Shown piece after piece: positions 13,567 through 22,342 of a stretch of DNA of 64,000 nt. The notes below the pieces were generated by a model. It was not told where the DNA came from and ran no database searches. It saw only the letters and a program-made list of their open reading frames with translations. The stretch comes from Candidatus Eiseniibacteriota bacterium (lineage in GTDB: Bacteria; Eisenbacteria; RBG-16-71-46). The stretch's first letter is position 1. The number at the start of each line of letters is the position of its first letter. Location of the stretch: the NCBI GenBank assembly GCA_963744995.1, contig CAVUWA010000002.1, positions 480,001 through 544,000 of the forward strand, given 5' to 3'. The position numbers and the translations under genes were made by a program.

Positions 13567-15113
13567 GGATTCCGTTCCTTCGTGCCGGGTCCGGTCGCCG
13601 CACCCGGTGCGAGCGGCACCGCGAGCCACGCCCGGGCGCCGCCTTCCGCCTGGTTCTCGATGCCTGCGGCGCCGTCGTGCTGAGCGGCGACGTCGCGCAC
13701 CAGCGACAGACCGAGCCCGCTGCCGCGGTTCTTCGTGCTCACGTAGGGATCGAAGATCGTTTCGATCAGGTCCGCCGGCACGCCGGCCCCGAGATCGAAC
13801 ACCTCGAACACCGCGCGACCCCCGTCGGCCCGCGTGCAGGCGCGCACCGTCGATCCCTCGGGACTCGCCTCGCAGGCGTTCAGGAGCAGATTGTGAATCG
13901 CCCGGGAAAGTAGCAGAGAATCGCCGCGGATCGGCAGCGCCGGCCCCGGCTCGAAGGTCACCGAGACGCGTTCGTGCTCGTGCATGCGCCCGGCGGCGCG
14001 AGCGACTTCGGTGAGGTCGAGCGGCTCCATGTTCGGCTCCGGCATTTTCGCGTAGCGCGAGAACTGGTCGGCGAGCCGGGTGATCTGGTAGATGCCGTCG
14101 TCGATCGACTCGAGGCTTTCCTCGTAGACCGCGCGGTGCTCGGGCGCCATCGCCTCGGCGCGGCGCCGCAGGCGGTAGAGCGAGAGCGACATCGGGTTCA
14201 GGATGTTCTTGAACTCGTGCGCCAGCCGCCGTGCGACCTCGCGCCAGGTGGCCTCACGCTCGGCCAGCTGCAGTTTGTCGCGCGCCGTCGACAGGTTGCC
14301 GGCCATCGTGTTGAATCCCTCGCCGAGCGTGCGCAGCTCGCGCGCCCCGGCCGGTTCGACGCGCACGCCCAGGTCGCCGCCCGCGGCGCGCTCCATGGCC
14401 ACGGCCAGGTCGGCGAGCGGCTGCGACATCTGCCGCGCGAGCCGGTGGGCGATCACCAGCGCCAGCCCGGCGAGCAGCATGCCGAGCAGCGCGACCAGCA
14501 GCCAGACGTAGCGCCGCTGCACGTCCACCACGACTCCGAGCTGGCGGTAGTAACCGAGCGCCTCGCCGACGCTGTCCATGTCGGCGAAGAACGTGGGCGG
14601 GACCCAGATCGCCGCGGCGAGCGCGTCGTCGGCGCCGAGCGACGCCACGGCGGCGAGCGCGCCCTTTCCCGAGCGGATCACGCGGGTCGAGAGCAGGGCC
14701 GGCTCGATCGTCGCGCTGAAGTCGAACACCTCGGGCAGCAGGATCCCCTCGGGCGTCACCTGGTCGACCATGCGCCAGCCCGCGGGCTCACGGCGATAGA
14801 ACTGGATCACGTCGATGCCGCTGCCCTTGAGCAGCGCCGCCGCCACCTCGCGCCGCCTGGCATCCGAGGCGTGGCCGCCCGGCCCGCCGAGGCGCGTCGC
14901 GCATTCGTCGGCCGCGGCGAGCACGCTGGTCTCGAGGCGGGTCAGCGCGGACTTCGTCGCCTCGACGCCGGAATCGAGTGCGCGGTCCACCCCGGGGCGG
15001 AACCAGCGGTCCGTGGCGCGGCCCAGCTGGTCGAGCGTGAAGGCGGTGAAGACGACCGTGGGCAGCAGCGCCAGCGCCATGAGCGCGAGGACGAGGCGAG
15101 CGCGCAGCGACAC
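13563..15113 (-). CDS. HAMP sensor histidine kinase (NtrY-like)
   Basis: Two TM segments, HAMP, W.EVARRLAHEFKN H-box, NLLLNA, D.G.G, GSGLGL. Confidence 0.92.
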
Positions 15114-15127
15114 CGGGGCGCTCGCCG

Positions 15128-16180
15128 TCAGGAGGCCGGCGACAATCCGCCGAGCTGTCCGCAGGCGGCCCAGATCTCACCGCCGAGGGTGTTGCGGACC
15201 GTGACGGCGGGGGCGCGCGGATAGAGACTGTCGGCGAAAGCCTGCACCGCTTCGGGGCTCGGTCGTTCGTAGGGGAGACCCGGCACCGGATTGTAGGGGA
15301 TCAGGTTGATCTTGCTCGGCAGATCGCGCGCGATGCGGCTCAGGCGGTCGGCGTCGTCCGGCCCGTCGTTGACGCCCGCGAGCAGCGTGTATTCGAGCGT
15401 CACCCGGCGCCCGCTCCGCTCGCTGTAGGTGCGTGCGGCGCGCAACAGCGTATCGAGCGGCCAGCGCCGGTTGACCGGAACGAGTTCGTCGCGAAGTGCA
15501 TCGGTCGTCGCGTGCAGCGAGATCGCCAGGCCGACCGGGATGCCGATCTCCGCCAGATGTTCGATGCCGGGCACCAGGCCGCTCGTCGAAACGGTGATCC
15601 GGCGCGCGCCGAGGTTGAGTCCCTGCGGCTCGCGCAGGATGCGGATCGATTCGAACACGGCCTGCTCGTTGGCGAGCGGCTCGCCCATGCCCATGAAGAC
15701 CAGATTGAAGCGCTCGTCCTCCCAGCCGTGGAAGTCGCCCATGATCACGACCTGCGCGACGATCTCCTCGGGGCGCAGATTGCGCGCGAGGCCCATGAGG
15801 CCCGTGGCGCAGAACGAGCACTTGAGCGCACAGCCGACCTGGCTCGACAGGCAGAACGTGCGCCGCCGGTCGGTGCGCATCGACACGCATTCGACGCGCG
15901 CGCCGTCGGCAAGTTCCAGTACGAACTTCTGCGTCAGGCCGTCTCGCGTGCCGTGGACGGAGACGGCCGCGGGAAGCGTGAAGTCGCAGATCGAGCCCAG
16001 TTCCTCGCGCAGCGAGCGCGACAGGCTGGTCATGCCGTCGGGGGCGCGCAGCCCTTTCTGGTAGATCCAGCCGTAGACCTGGGTCGCGCGGTATGCGGCG
16101 TGCCCGGCGCCGGCAAAACGCTCGGCGAGCGCGGCGTGGCGGAGCCCGTAGAAGTTAGGCGCCCGATGGGTCGAGATCAT
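15128..16180 (-). CDS. rlmN: 23S rRNA/tRNA m2A methyltransferase RlmN
   Basis: CLSSQVGCALKCSFCATG, MGMGEPL, ISLHA, NLIPYN, AACGQL. Confidence 0.95.
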   Translation of the reverse strand: MISTHRAPNFYGLRHAALAERFAGAGHAAYRATQVYGWIYQKGLRAPDGMTSLSRSLREELGSICDFTLPAAVSVHGTRDGLTQKFVLELADGARVECVSMRTDRRRTFCLSSQVGCALKCSFCATGLMGLARNLRPEEIVAQVVIMGDFHGWEDERFNLVFMGMGEPLANEQAVFESIRILREPQGLNLGARRITVSTSGLVPGIEHLAEIGIPVGLAISLHATTDALRDELVPVNRRWPLDTLLRAARTYSERSGRRVTLEYTLLAGVNDGPDDADRLSRIARDLPSKINLIPYNPVPGLPYERPSPEAVQAFADSLYPRAPAVTVRNTLGGEIWAACGQLGGLSPAS

Positions 16181-16279
16181 GGTGACCGGCAATGGGTGGT
16201 GGGGAGGCGGGACGAGCGCGAAGCTAGCAGAGACAATCTTTTGCGGTCAACGCCGCGCAATGGTATGCATATCCGTGCA

Positions 16280-16837
16280 ATGAACGAACAGAACGATTTT
16301 CCGCGCCGCCTGATGGCTTGCCTGAGCGATGCCTCGCGCTACCGCATCGCGCTCACGCTCAAGGAGCGGGAGATGTGCGTGACGGAACTGGCCGGGGAGG
16401 TCGGGCTTTCGCAGTCCTGTACGACGCGCCACCTCCAGGCGCTGGGTCGCGACGGCCTGGTGCACCGGCGCCGGGACGGCAAGCGGGTACTGTTCCGGCT
16501 CGACGATGACTCCGCCCGCGTGAGCGCACTGCTCGAGTGGATCGAGCGCGGCGCCGCCCCGAAACCGCCCGGGGGAGCCGCTACCGCCCGGGACGCAGCC
16601 GGGTCGGGTGCGACGCCCGGCGACGAGCCGCAGACCGCGCCGGACGCGGCCCCTGGCTCCGCCCCGGCGGCCCGCGGGGAAAGCGCCCGTGCCCGCCGGG
16701 CCCGCCGCACTGTCCCCGGACCCCCTCGCTCTGGTAGAAGGTCGGGCGCCGTCCCGGCCGACGAACCCGTCCCCCAGGAAACGAAACCGCAAGCACCCGT
16801 TCTCAGGCCCGGGGATCTGGAGGACTACCTGCTTTGA
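16280..16837 (+). CDS. ArsR/SmtB family regulator with low-complexity C-terminal tail
   Basis: LSDASRYRI..L...EMCVTELA..VGLSQS..TRHL..L...GLV..RRDGK; alternative start at 16265. Confidence 0.8.
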   Translation: MNEQNDFPRRLMACLSDASRYRIALTLKEREMCVTELAGEVGLSQSCTTRHLQALGRDGLVHRRRDGKRVLFRLDDDSARVSALLEWIERGAAPKPPGGAATARDAAGSGATPGDEPQTAPDAAPGSAPAARGESARARRARRTVPGPPRSGRRSGAVPADEPVPQETKPQAPVLRPGDLEDYLL

Positions 16838-16845
16838 GCAAACAT

Positions 16846-17799
16846 ATGCGTGTAGCTGCAATTGATATCGGCAGCAATTCCATCCGGCTGCTGGTGGCGG
16901 AACTTCACGGCGGGGAGCGACCGCGCCTGGTGACGATTGCCCGGGCGGGCGAGCCCTGCCGCCTTGGGCGCGGTCTCGGCAGCACCGGACTGATCGAGAC
17001 CGAAACGGCCGAGCGCGCGGCCGCGCTTGCGGGATCGTTCGTCGACCGGGCACGCGGACTGGGTGCGGGCCGGATCGTCGTGGCGGCGACTGCCGCGATG
17101 CGCAACGCCACGAACGGCGCCGAAGTCGCGGCCCGGATCGAAGCCCGCTGCCGCGTGCCGGTCCGCGTGCTGACCGGAGACGACGAGGCGCGGCTCATGT
17201 ATCGGGCGGTGATCGGCGGCCTCGGCCGCCCGGTGCGCGACAACTCCTGCGTCGTGTTCGATCTGGGCGGCGGCAGCACGGAGGTCGTGAGCGGGGTGGG
17301 CGAGCGGCCGGGCCGCTGGACCAGCCTCCCGTTCGGTGCCGTGAGCCTGACCGAGAGGCATCTGCACTCGAATCCGCCGGCGCCCGCTGAGATCGCGGCA
17401 CTGCGCGCGAATGTCCGTGATATTCTTATGCATGACTGCGCATACATGCCCGAACGGGCGCCGGTCCTTGCGGGGGTCGGCGGCACGGTGACCGTGCTGG
17501 CCATGCTGGATCGCAAGCTCACGGCCTATGACCCGGCGCGCCTCGAGGGCTGGGGCGTCACCGCCGACCGGCTCGCCACGCTCACCGCGAAGCTCATCGA
17601 CACCACCCAGGAGGAGCGCCGTCGCTGGCCGGCCATGGGCGAGGGCAGGGCCGACATCGTGGTGGCCGGCGTGCTCGTGGTCGAGGCGCTCATGGAGCGC
17701 TTTCCCTCGCCGATGCTGGTGTGCTCGACCCAGGGGCTGCGTTACGGGCTGGCGCGCGAGGCGGCCATGGTTCCGGCGCCGCTTCCCGAGCCCTCCTGA
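16846..17799 (+). CDS. Ppx/GppA family phosphatase
   Basis: AAIDIGSNSIRL, ATAAMRNA.N, DLGGGSTE, RADIVVAG, GLRYG. Confidence 0.92.
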   Translation: MRVAAIDIGSNSIRLLVAELHGGERPRLVTIARAGEPCRLGRGLGSTGLIETETAERAAALAGSFVDRARGLGAGRIVVAATAAMRNATNGAEVAARIEARCRVPVRVLTGDDEARLMYRAVIGGLGRPVRDNSCVVFDLGGGSTEVVSGVGERPGRWTSLPFGAVSLTERHLHSNPPAPAEIAALRANVRDILMHDCAYMPERAPVLAGVGGTVTVLAMLDRKLTAYDPARLEGWGVTADRLATLTAKLIDTTQEERRRWPAMGEGRADIVVAGVLVVEALMERFPSPMLVCSTQGLRYGLAREAAMVPAPLPEPS

Positions 17800-17912
17800 G
17801 CACCAGGCGGGGCGTCCTTTCTCGGTCCGGCCGGGGTCGGTCCCCGGCCTCCCGGGCGGCGTGGGGTCGCCCGTCCCCCGCGCCGGCCCGACCCATCAAA
17901 GGCCTTTATGGG

Positions 17913-17941
17913 TTGACGACCTCTGGAACCGGGTCGATACT
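17913..17941 (+). promoter_or_regulatory. sigma70-type promoter for the small secreted protein and TPR activator
   Basis: TTGACG-N17-GATACT. Confidence 0.6.
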
Positions 17942-18068
17942 TCCCCTGGCGCTGAAAACGCAGGTCCCCTCAGCAGATGACGCAGCGGTGCCGATCTCCT
18001 CCAGATTGGTGGCCGGTATTGTGTTTCTTTCTCTTTGACGCAGGATCCGTGGAGGGAGCAGGCAGCGC

Positions 18069-18374
18069 ATGAGTCAACTACGCAACAGACTCCTGATCAC
18101 ACTGGTCGTGCTGGCGGCAATCGTCGTGATTCCGCACCGGTCGGCGCATGCCGGCCCGTCGATCTGGACGATTTCCGAGCACGATGAGCCCTCGATCCAA
18201 CCGGTCGGCGGGTTCACCGGCGAGCCCGATGTCGGGCAGACGTCACCTTCGAACGCGGGACGGGTACAGTCTCCGTCGTCCGTGATGAACACGAAGATCG
18301 ACGCCCGTTTCGACGAAGTGCTTCGTCTGTCCGTGTGGCTCTGGAAAGCGCGCCTTGGCTTGACGGGGTTCTAG
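18069..18374 (+). CDS. Small secreted protein of unknown function (101 aa)
   Basis: GGAGGGAG RBS; Sec signal peptide ending SAHA; acidic/Ser/Pro core with GEPD; Trp-containing amphipathic C-terminus. Confidence 0.7.
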   Translation: MSQLRNRLLITLVVLAAIVVIPHRSAHAGPSIWTISEHDEPSIQPVGGFTGEPDVGQTSPSNAGRVQSPSSVMNTKIDARFDEVLRLSVWLWKARLGLTGF

Positions 18375-18482
18375 ACGGGCGCATCGTCTTGAACCCCGTC
18401 ATTGCAGGGGCCAAATCGAACGGCGTCCCGGATCGAACCGCCGGAGCGCCCCACCGGGTTTAGAAAGACAGAGGGTTCGATA

Positions 18483-21400
18483 GTGCAGCGAGCGATCCCC
18501 CCCGATCAGTCTCACGCACAGCGCGGCGCGCAGGATGGTGCACGCCAGCACGAGGCGATCGGTGACCTTCATCTTGCCGCCGACAATTTCTCGGGAGCCA
18601 TCGAGGCCTACCGGGACGCACTTCGGGACGTCGGGCAGGAGCTGCCGATCGAACGCGCCCACCTGCTGCAGCGGATCGCGGACGCCTCCCAGCGCCGCGG
18701 CGACTACGGCGCCGCCTTCGAAAACCTGCGTGAAGCCCGCCGGGTGGCGCGGCTCCTGGGCGATGATCGCCTGACGGCGCGCATTGCCGCACGGTTGTCG
18801 CACGCGTGCATCGAGCAGGGCCTGGTCCGCCGCAGCCGCCGTTACGCGCGCTTCGCATACGCGGTCCTGCGCGACACCGACGAGCATCGCACCGTGGGCC
18901 AGGTGATGGTGACGCTCGGCCTGTGTGCGGCACGACTCGGCCGTGCGCACGAGGCGATCGAGTGGCTGCAGAGCGCGGTGGCGACCTTCCGCCGCATCGA
19001 GGACGCCGACGGGCTGGTGTCGGCGCTCAACAACCTCGGCCTCGTCTACAAGAATCTGCGCGAGTGGCGCGACGCCACACGGTTCCTCGAGGAGGCCCTC
19101 CGGCTCGACGAGCGCGCCGGCCTCTATTCGCGCATGCGCGGCCACAATCAGAATCTGGGCCTCATCCGCTTCCGGCTCGGGCAGTGGGACCTTGCCGAGG
19201 AGAACTTCGCCCATTCGCTCAAGATCTCGCGTGAGACCGGCCACCTGCAGGGCGAGGCGGTCGCGTTGCTCGCCACGGGCATGCTGGCGCGCCGGCGCCG
19301 CCAGCTCGAGCGTGCGGAAGATCTCTATCGTCGCGCGCTCAAGCTCGCCGCGAAGTGCGGCGCCCGCCGCGAGCAACTGCTCGCACGCGAATTCATCGGC
19401 GAGCTGGAGATCGATGCCGGCCAGCCCGAGGGCGCGATCGAGATCCTCGAGCCGGCGCTGGAAGAGGCGCTCGGCCTGGCCCCGCAGGGCGATCTGGTCG
19501 CGGAGCTGGAGGTCCGGCTCGGCATCGCGCACCTGCGCGCCGGGCACGTCGAGCCGGCCGAGGCGCACCTGCTGCGCGGCGCGGCGCTGGCCGAGCGGCT
19601 GGGCGACCGGATCGAGCAGGCGATTGCCGAGCGCACGCTGGCGCGTCTCGACGCCGCGCGCGGCAACGTGCCCGGCATGGAGGCGCGGCTGCGCGCCGCG
19701 GCGCAGACGTTCGAGCACCTCTCGGAGACCTACGAGCTGGCGGTGACCCTCGGCATGTGGGGCGAGTGCCTGCTCGCGCTGCCTTCGAGCGTGCGCATGC
19801 GCATGTCCCTCGAGACCGTGACCGACGCCACCCGCCGTGCGAGCGTGCTGTATCGCCGCCTGGATCTGGCGCCGGTGGCCGCCGAGCTGCAGCTCACGCT
19901 CGCCAAGCTGGTGGCCGAACGCGAACACTTCGACCAGGCCCTCGGCCTGCTGGAGCAGGCCGAGGAATGGCTCAGCGACGCGTCCCAGGACGACCAGCCC
20001 GCCAGCGGGCGTGCGGTCGACCTGCGCCGCGAGATCGAACGGCAGTACGTCGCCGTGTCGCTCTCGACCTGCAACGAGTTCCGTGCGCTGGAAGAGGCCA
20101 ACCGGCTGTTCCGCGAGACGAGCGACATGAACGACCTGCTGGCGCAGACGGTGAAGCTGGCCGTCGAGCACTCCGGCGGCGATCGTGGATTCGTGGCGTT
20201 CAGCGCAAGCGGCGGCCGTTTGGAGGTGGTGGCGCAGCACGGGCTCGGCCGCGATCGCGCCCGCCGTCTGCTCAGATCCATCGTGCAGGCCTCGGGGCAG
20301 CGGCTGGCCGAGAGCGGACCGCTGTTCTCGAGCCGCGTCGCGGCGGACCCGCGTTTCGAGGCGGATCTCACCGATGCGCTGGAGGGGGTCGGCTCGCTGG
20401 TGTGCGTGCCGCTCAACTTCCCGTCGCAGGCGATCGGCCTCGTCTACGTGGACCGGCTGAACGACAACCTGCTCGGCGCTTTCAAACAGCGCGAGCTCAA
20501 CCTGCTGGCCGTCCTCGCCAACAGCGGCGCGGTGGCGATCGTCGAAGCACAGCGTTCGCTGCTGCTCGCCGAGAACAAGGAACTGCGCGACAAGCTCAAG
20601 CCGAGCCCGGGCTTCGGCCGCGTCGTCACCCAGTCACGCGAGATGGAGCACACGCTCGGCTTGCTCGGCAAGGTCGGCGACAGCGACGCGACGGTGCTGT
20701 TCATGGGCGAGACCGGAACCGGCAAGGGTCTGCTGGCGCAGGTCGTTCACGAGATCTCGAACCGGCGCGACCGCCCGTTCGTGCAGGTCAACTGCGCCGC
20801 GATTCCGGAGTCGCTGCTCGAGAGCGAGTTGTTCGGCCACGTGCAGGGCGCCTTCACCGGTGCGTCTCGCGACAAGGTCGGGCTGTTCGAGGAAGCCGAC
20901 GGCGGCACGATCTTCCTCGACGAGATCGAGAAGGTGCCCGAGACGGTTCAGGCCAAACTGCTGCACGTCCTGGACCGCAGCGAAATCCGTCCGGTGGGCG
21001 CGACCCGCAGCCGCCACGTCAGTGCGCGGGTGATCTGTGCCACCGGTTGCGACCTGCGCGAACGCATCCAGCAGGGGCGCTTCCTCGAAGATCTCTACTA
21101 TCGCCTCAACGACATCACGGTGAAGGTGCCGCCGTTGCGCGAACGGCGCGAAGACGTGCCGGTGCTGGCGCAGCACTTCCTCGAGCGCTACTCGCGGCAG
21201 ATGGAGAAGCGCGTGAACGGGTTCTCTCCCGACGTCATGCGCGTGTTCCTCGAGCACGAGTGGCGCGGCAACGTGCGCGAGCTCGAGAAGACGGTGAAGC
21301 GGATGGTGGTGCTCGCCGACGACGGCGACCGGCTCGGCCCGGATCTGCTGCCGCCGGAGATCGTGGAGCGCAGAGCGCAGGGCGAGAACGGCGCGGCGGG

Positions 21401-21578
21401 GCCGAAGAGCCGCACGTTGCGCACCCACGTGAGCCAGCTCGAGCGGCGCATGATCTCCGAATCGCTCGAACGCCACGACTGGAACAAGGCGCGCGCGGCG
21501 CGCGAACTGGGCCTGAGCTACCCGACGATGCTGTCGAAGATTCGACTCCTCAAGCTCGAGAAGTCGAAGATGCGCTGA
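18483..21578 (+). CDS. TPR-GAF-sigma54 AAA+ enhancer-binding protein with HTH
   Basis: About 500 aa of TPR-like repeats (ALNNLGLVY, NLGLIRFRLGQW), GAF (CVPL..IGLVYVD), GETGTGKG, GAFTGA, FLDEI, W.GNVREL, WNKARAARELGLS; start uncertain (18402 or 18483). Confidence 0.92.
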   Translation: MQRAIPPDQSHAQRGAQDGARQHEAIGDLHLAADNFSGAIEAYRDALRDVGQELPIERAHLLQRIADASQRRGDYGAAFENLREARRVARLLGDDRLTARIAARLSHACIEQGLVRRSRRYARFAYAVLRDTDEHRTVGQVMVTLGLCAARLGRAHEAIEWLQSAVATFRRIEDADGLVSALNNLGLVYKNLREWRDATRFLEEALRLDERAGLYSRMRGHNQNLGLIRFRLGQWDLAEENFAHSLKISRETGHLQGEAVALLATGMLARRRRQLERAEDLYRRALKLAAKCGARREQLLAREFIGELEIDAGQPEGAIEILEPALEEALGLAPQGDLVAELEVRLGIAHLRAGHVEPAEAHLLRGAALAERLGDRIEQAIAERTLARLDAARGNVPGMEARLRAAAQTFEHLSETYELAVTLGMWGECLLALPSSVRMRMSLETVTDATRRASVLYRRLDLAPVAAELQLTLAKLVAEREHFDQALGLLEQAEEWLSDASQDDQPASGRAVDLRREIERQYVAVSLSTCNEFRALEEANRLFRETSDMNDLLAQTVKLAVEHSGGDRGFVAFSASGGRLEVVAQHGLGRDRARRLLRSIVQASGQRLAESGPLFSSRVAADPRFEADLTDALEGVGSLVCVPLNFPSQAIGLVYVDRLNDNLLGAFKQRELNLLAVLANSGAVAIVEAQRSLLLAENKELRDKLKPSPGFGRVVTQSREMEHTLGLLGKVGDSDATVLFMGETGTGKGLLAQVVHEISNRRDRPFVQVNCAAIPESLLESELFGHVQGAFTGASRDKVGLFEEADGGTIFLDEIEKVPETVQAKLLHVLDRSEIRPVGATRSRHVSARVICATGCDLRERIQQGRFLEDLYYRLNDITVKVPPLRERREDVPVLAQHFLERYSRQMEKRVNGFSPDVMRVFLEHEWRGNVRELEKTVKRMVVLADDGDRLGPDLLPPEIVERRAQGENGAAGPKSRTLRTHVSQLERRMISESLERHDWNKARAARELGLSYPTMLSKIRLLKLEKSKMR

Positions 21579-21603
21579 CGTTCGTCATCCTTCTGTCAGC
21601 CGC

Positions 21604-21766
21604 TCTCAAATTTCTTTACATCGAAGCCCGCGCTTATCAGGCACTTAGCCGGATGCCCGCGGGCTTCTCAATGAGCTTCACAATTCCGGCTCCCAACCGG
21701 GACGAAGCGGGCCCGCCCCGGCCGCCCGATCACCACCGTAACGCTTTGCAAGACATAGCGTTGATA
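21604..21766 (+). promoter_or_regulatory. Candidate enhancer: two TCTCAA-N5-TTYACA boxes plus IHF-like sites
   Basis: Boxes at 21604-21620 and 21666-21682; TATCAG-N4-TTA at 21635-21647; inverted IHF-like site at 21739-21766. Confidence 0.5.
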
Positions 21767-21792
21767 GTTAGATCCCCGCTCGGGTCGGCGAC

Positions 21793-21808
21793 TGGCATGC
21801 GAGGTGCT
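21793..21808 (+). promoter_or_regulatory. sigma54 -24/-12 promoter
   Basis: TGGCATGCGAGGTGCT (GG-N10-GC), about 215 bp downstream of the sigma54 activator gene. Confidence 0.65.
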
Positions 21809-21818
21809 GGCTCTCGTC

Positions 21819-22240
21819 CGGCGGAGGGGGGGGACCTCCAACGTTCGGGCGCTTCGGCAACCGAACCACTGTCTGGGCTAGCCGGTTTCGCGAGGGCCGG
21901 TCAGGGTACGAGCCCCAGTCGCATGACAACGTACCGACTCTTGCCGCCGGCTAGCTTGGAGTGATTTCAATTTCCCTGGAAGGTCGGAATCGCACGCGGT
22001 CCGAAGCCTTGCCCGGTCTGATCGACGGCCGCGGATTCGGACCTCCAGGGTTCAAGGACACCGGTCACAGTCGTGACATAGGCCAACATTGGGGGATGTC
22101 CAGGCTGTTGTCGCGTGATGGTCGGCCGGTGTCCTCGTTCTTGCAGCCGGTGTCGCACGAGACCCACAGGTGAGACACCCGTGCACGGCGGCGGGGCTCT
22201 TCAGCGGGACGGGATCCCGCAGAGGCCACGCCGCCAAAAT
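21819..22240 (+). ncRNA. Candidate ~420-nt structured ncRNA (series of long hairpins)
   Basis: No credible ORF; hairpins at 21823-21839, 21843-21866, 21872-21960, 21974-22050, 22055-22135, 22142-22185 and 22187-22235; G-U pairs favour the + strand; starts about 12 nt after the -12 element. Confidence 0.6.
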
Positions 22241-22287
22241 ATTGTGCCGCAACCGCTTGAACGCCGAGCGCAGATCGCGGGCCACCC

Positions 22288-22303
22288 CGGCACGCAGGTT
22301 GCC
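22288..22303 (+). promoter_or_regulatory. Second sigma54 -24/-12 promoter
   Basis: CGGCACGCAGGTTGCC (GGCACG-N4-TTGC), about 40 nt before the lipoprotein start. Confidence 0.65.
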
Positions 22304-22342
22304 CCCTGGAATGGGCGTTAGGCTCTTCTGGAGGGTTCGATC

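Noticed and set aside
21819..22240. CRISPR array, retron msr-msd, or RNase P/tmRNA identity for the hairpin series
   Set aside because: The hairpins are not sequence repeats, there is no cas or reverse transcriptase gene in the window, and the diagnostic motifs are absent; a divergent 6S-like RNA cannot be excluded without cmscan
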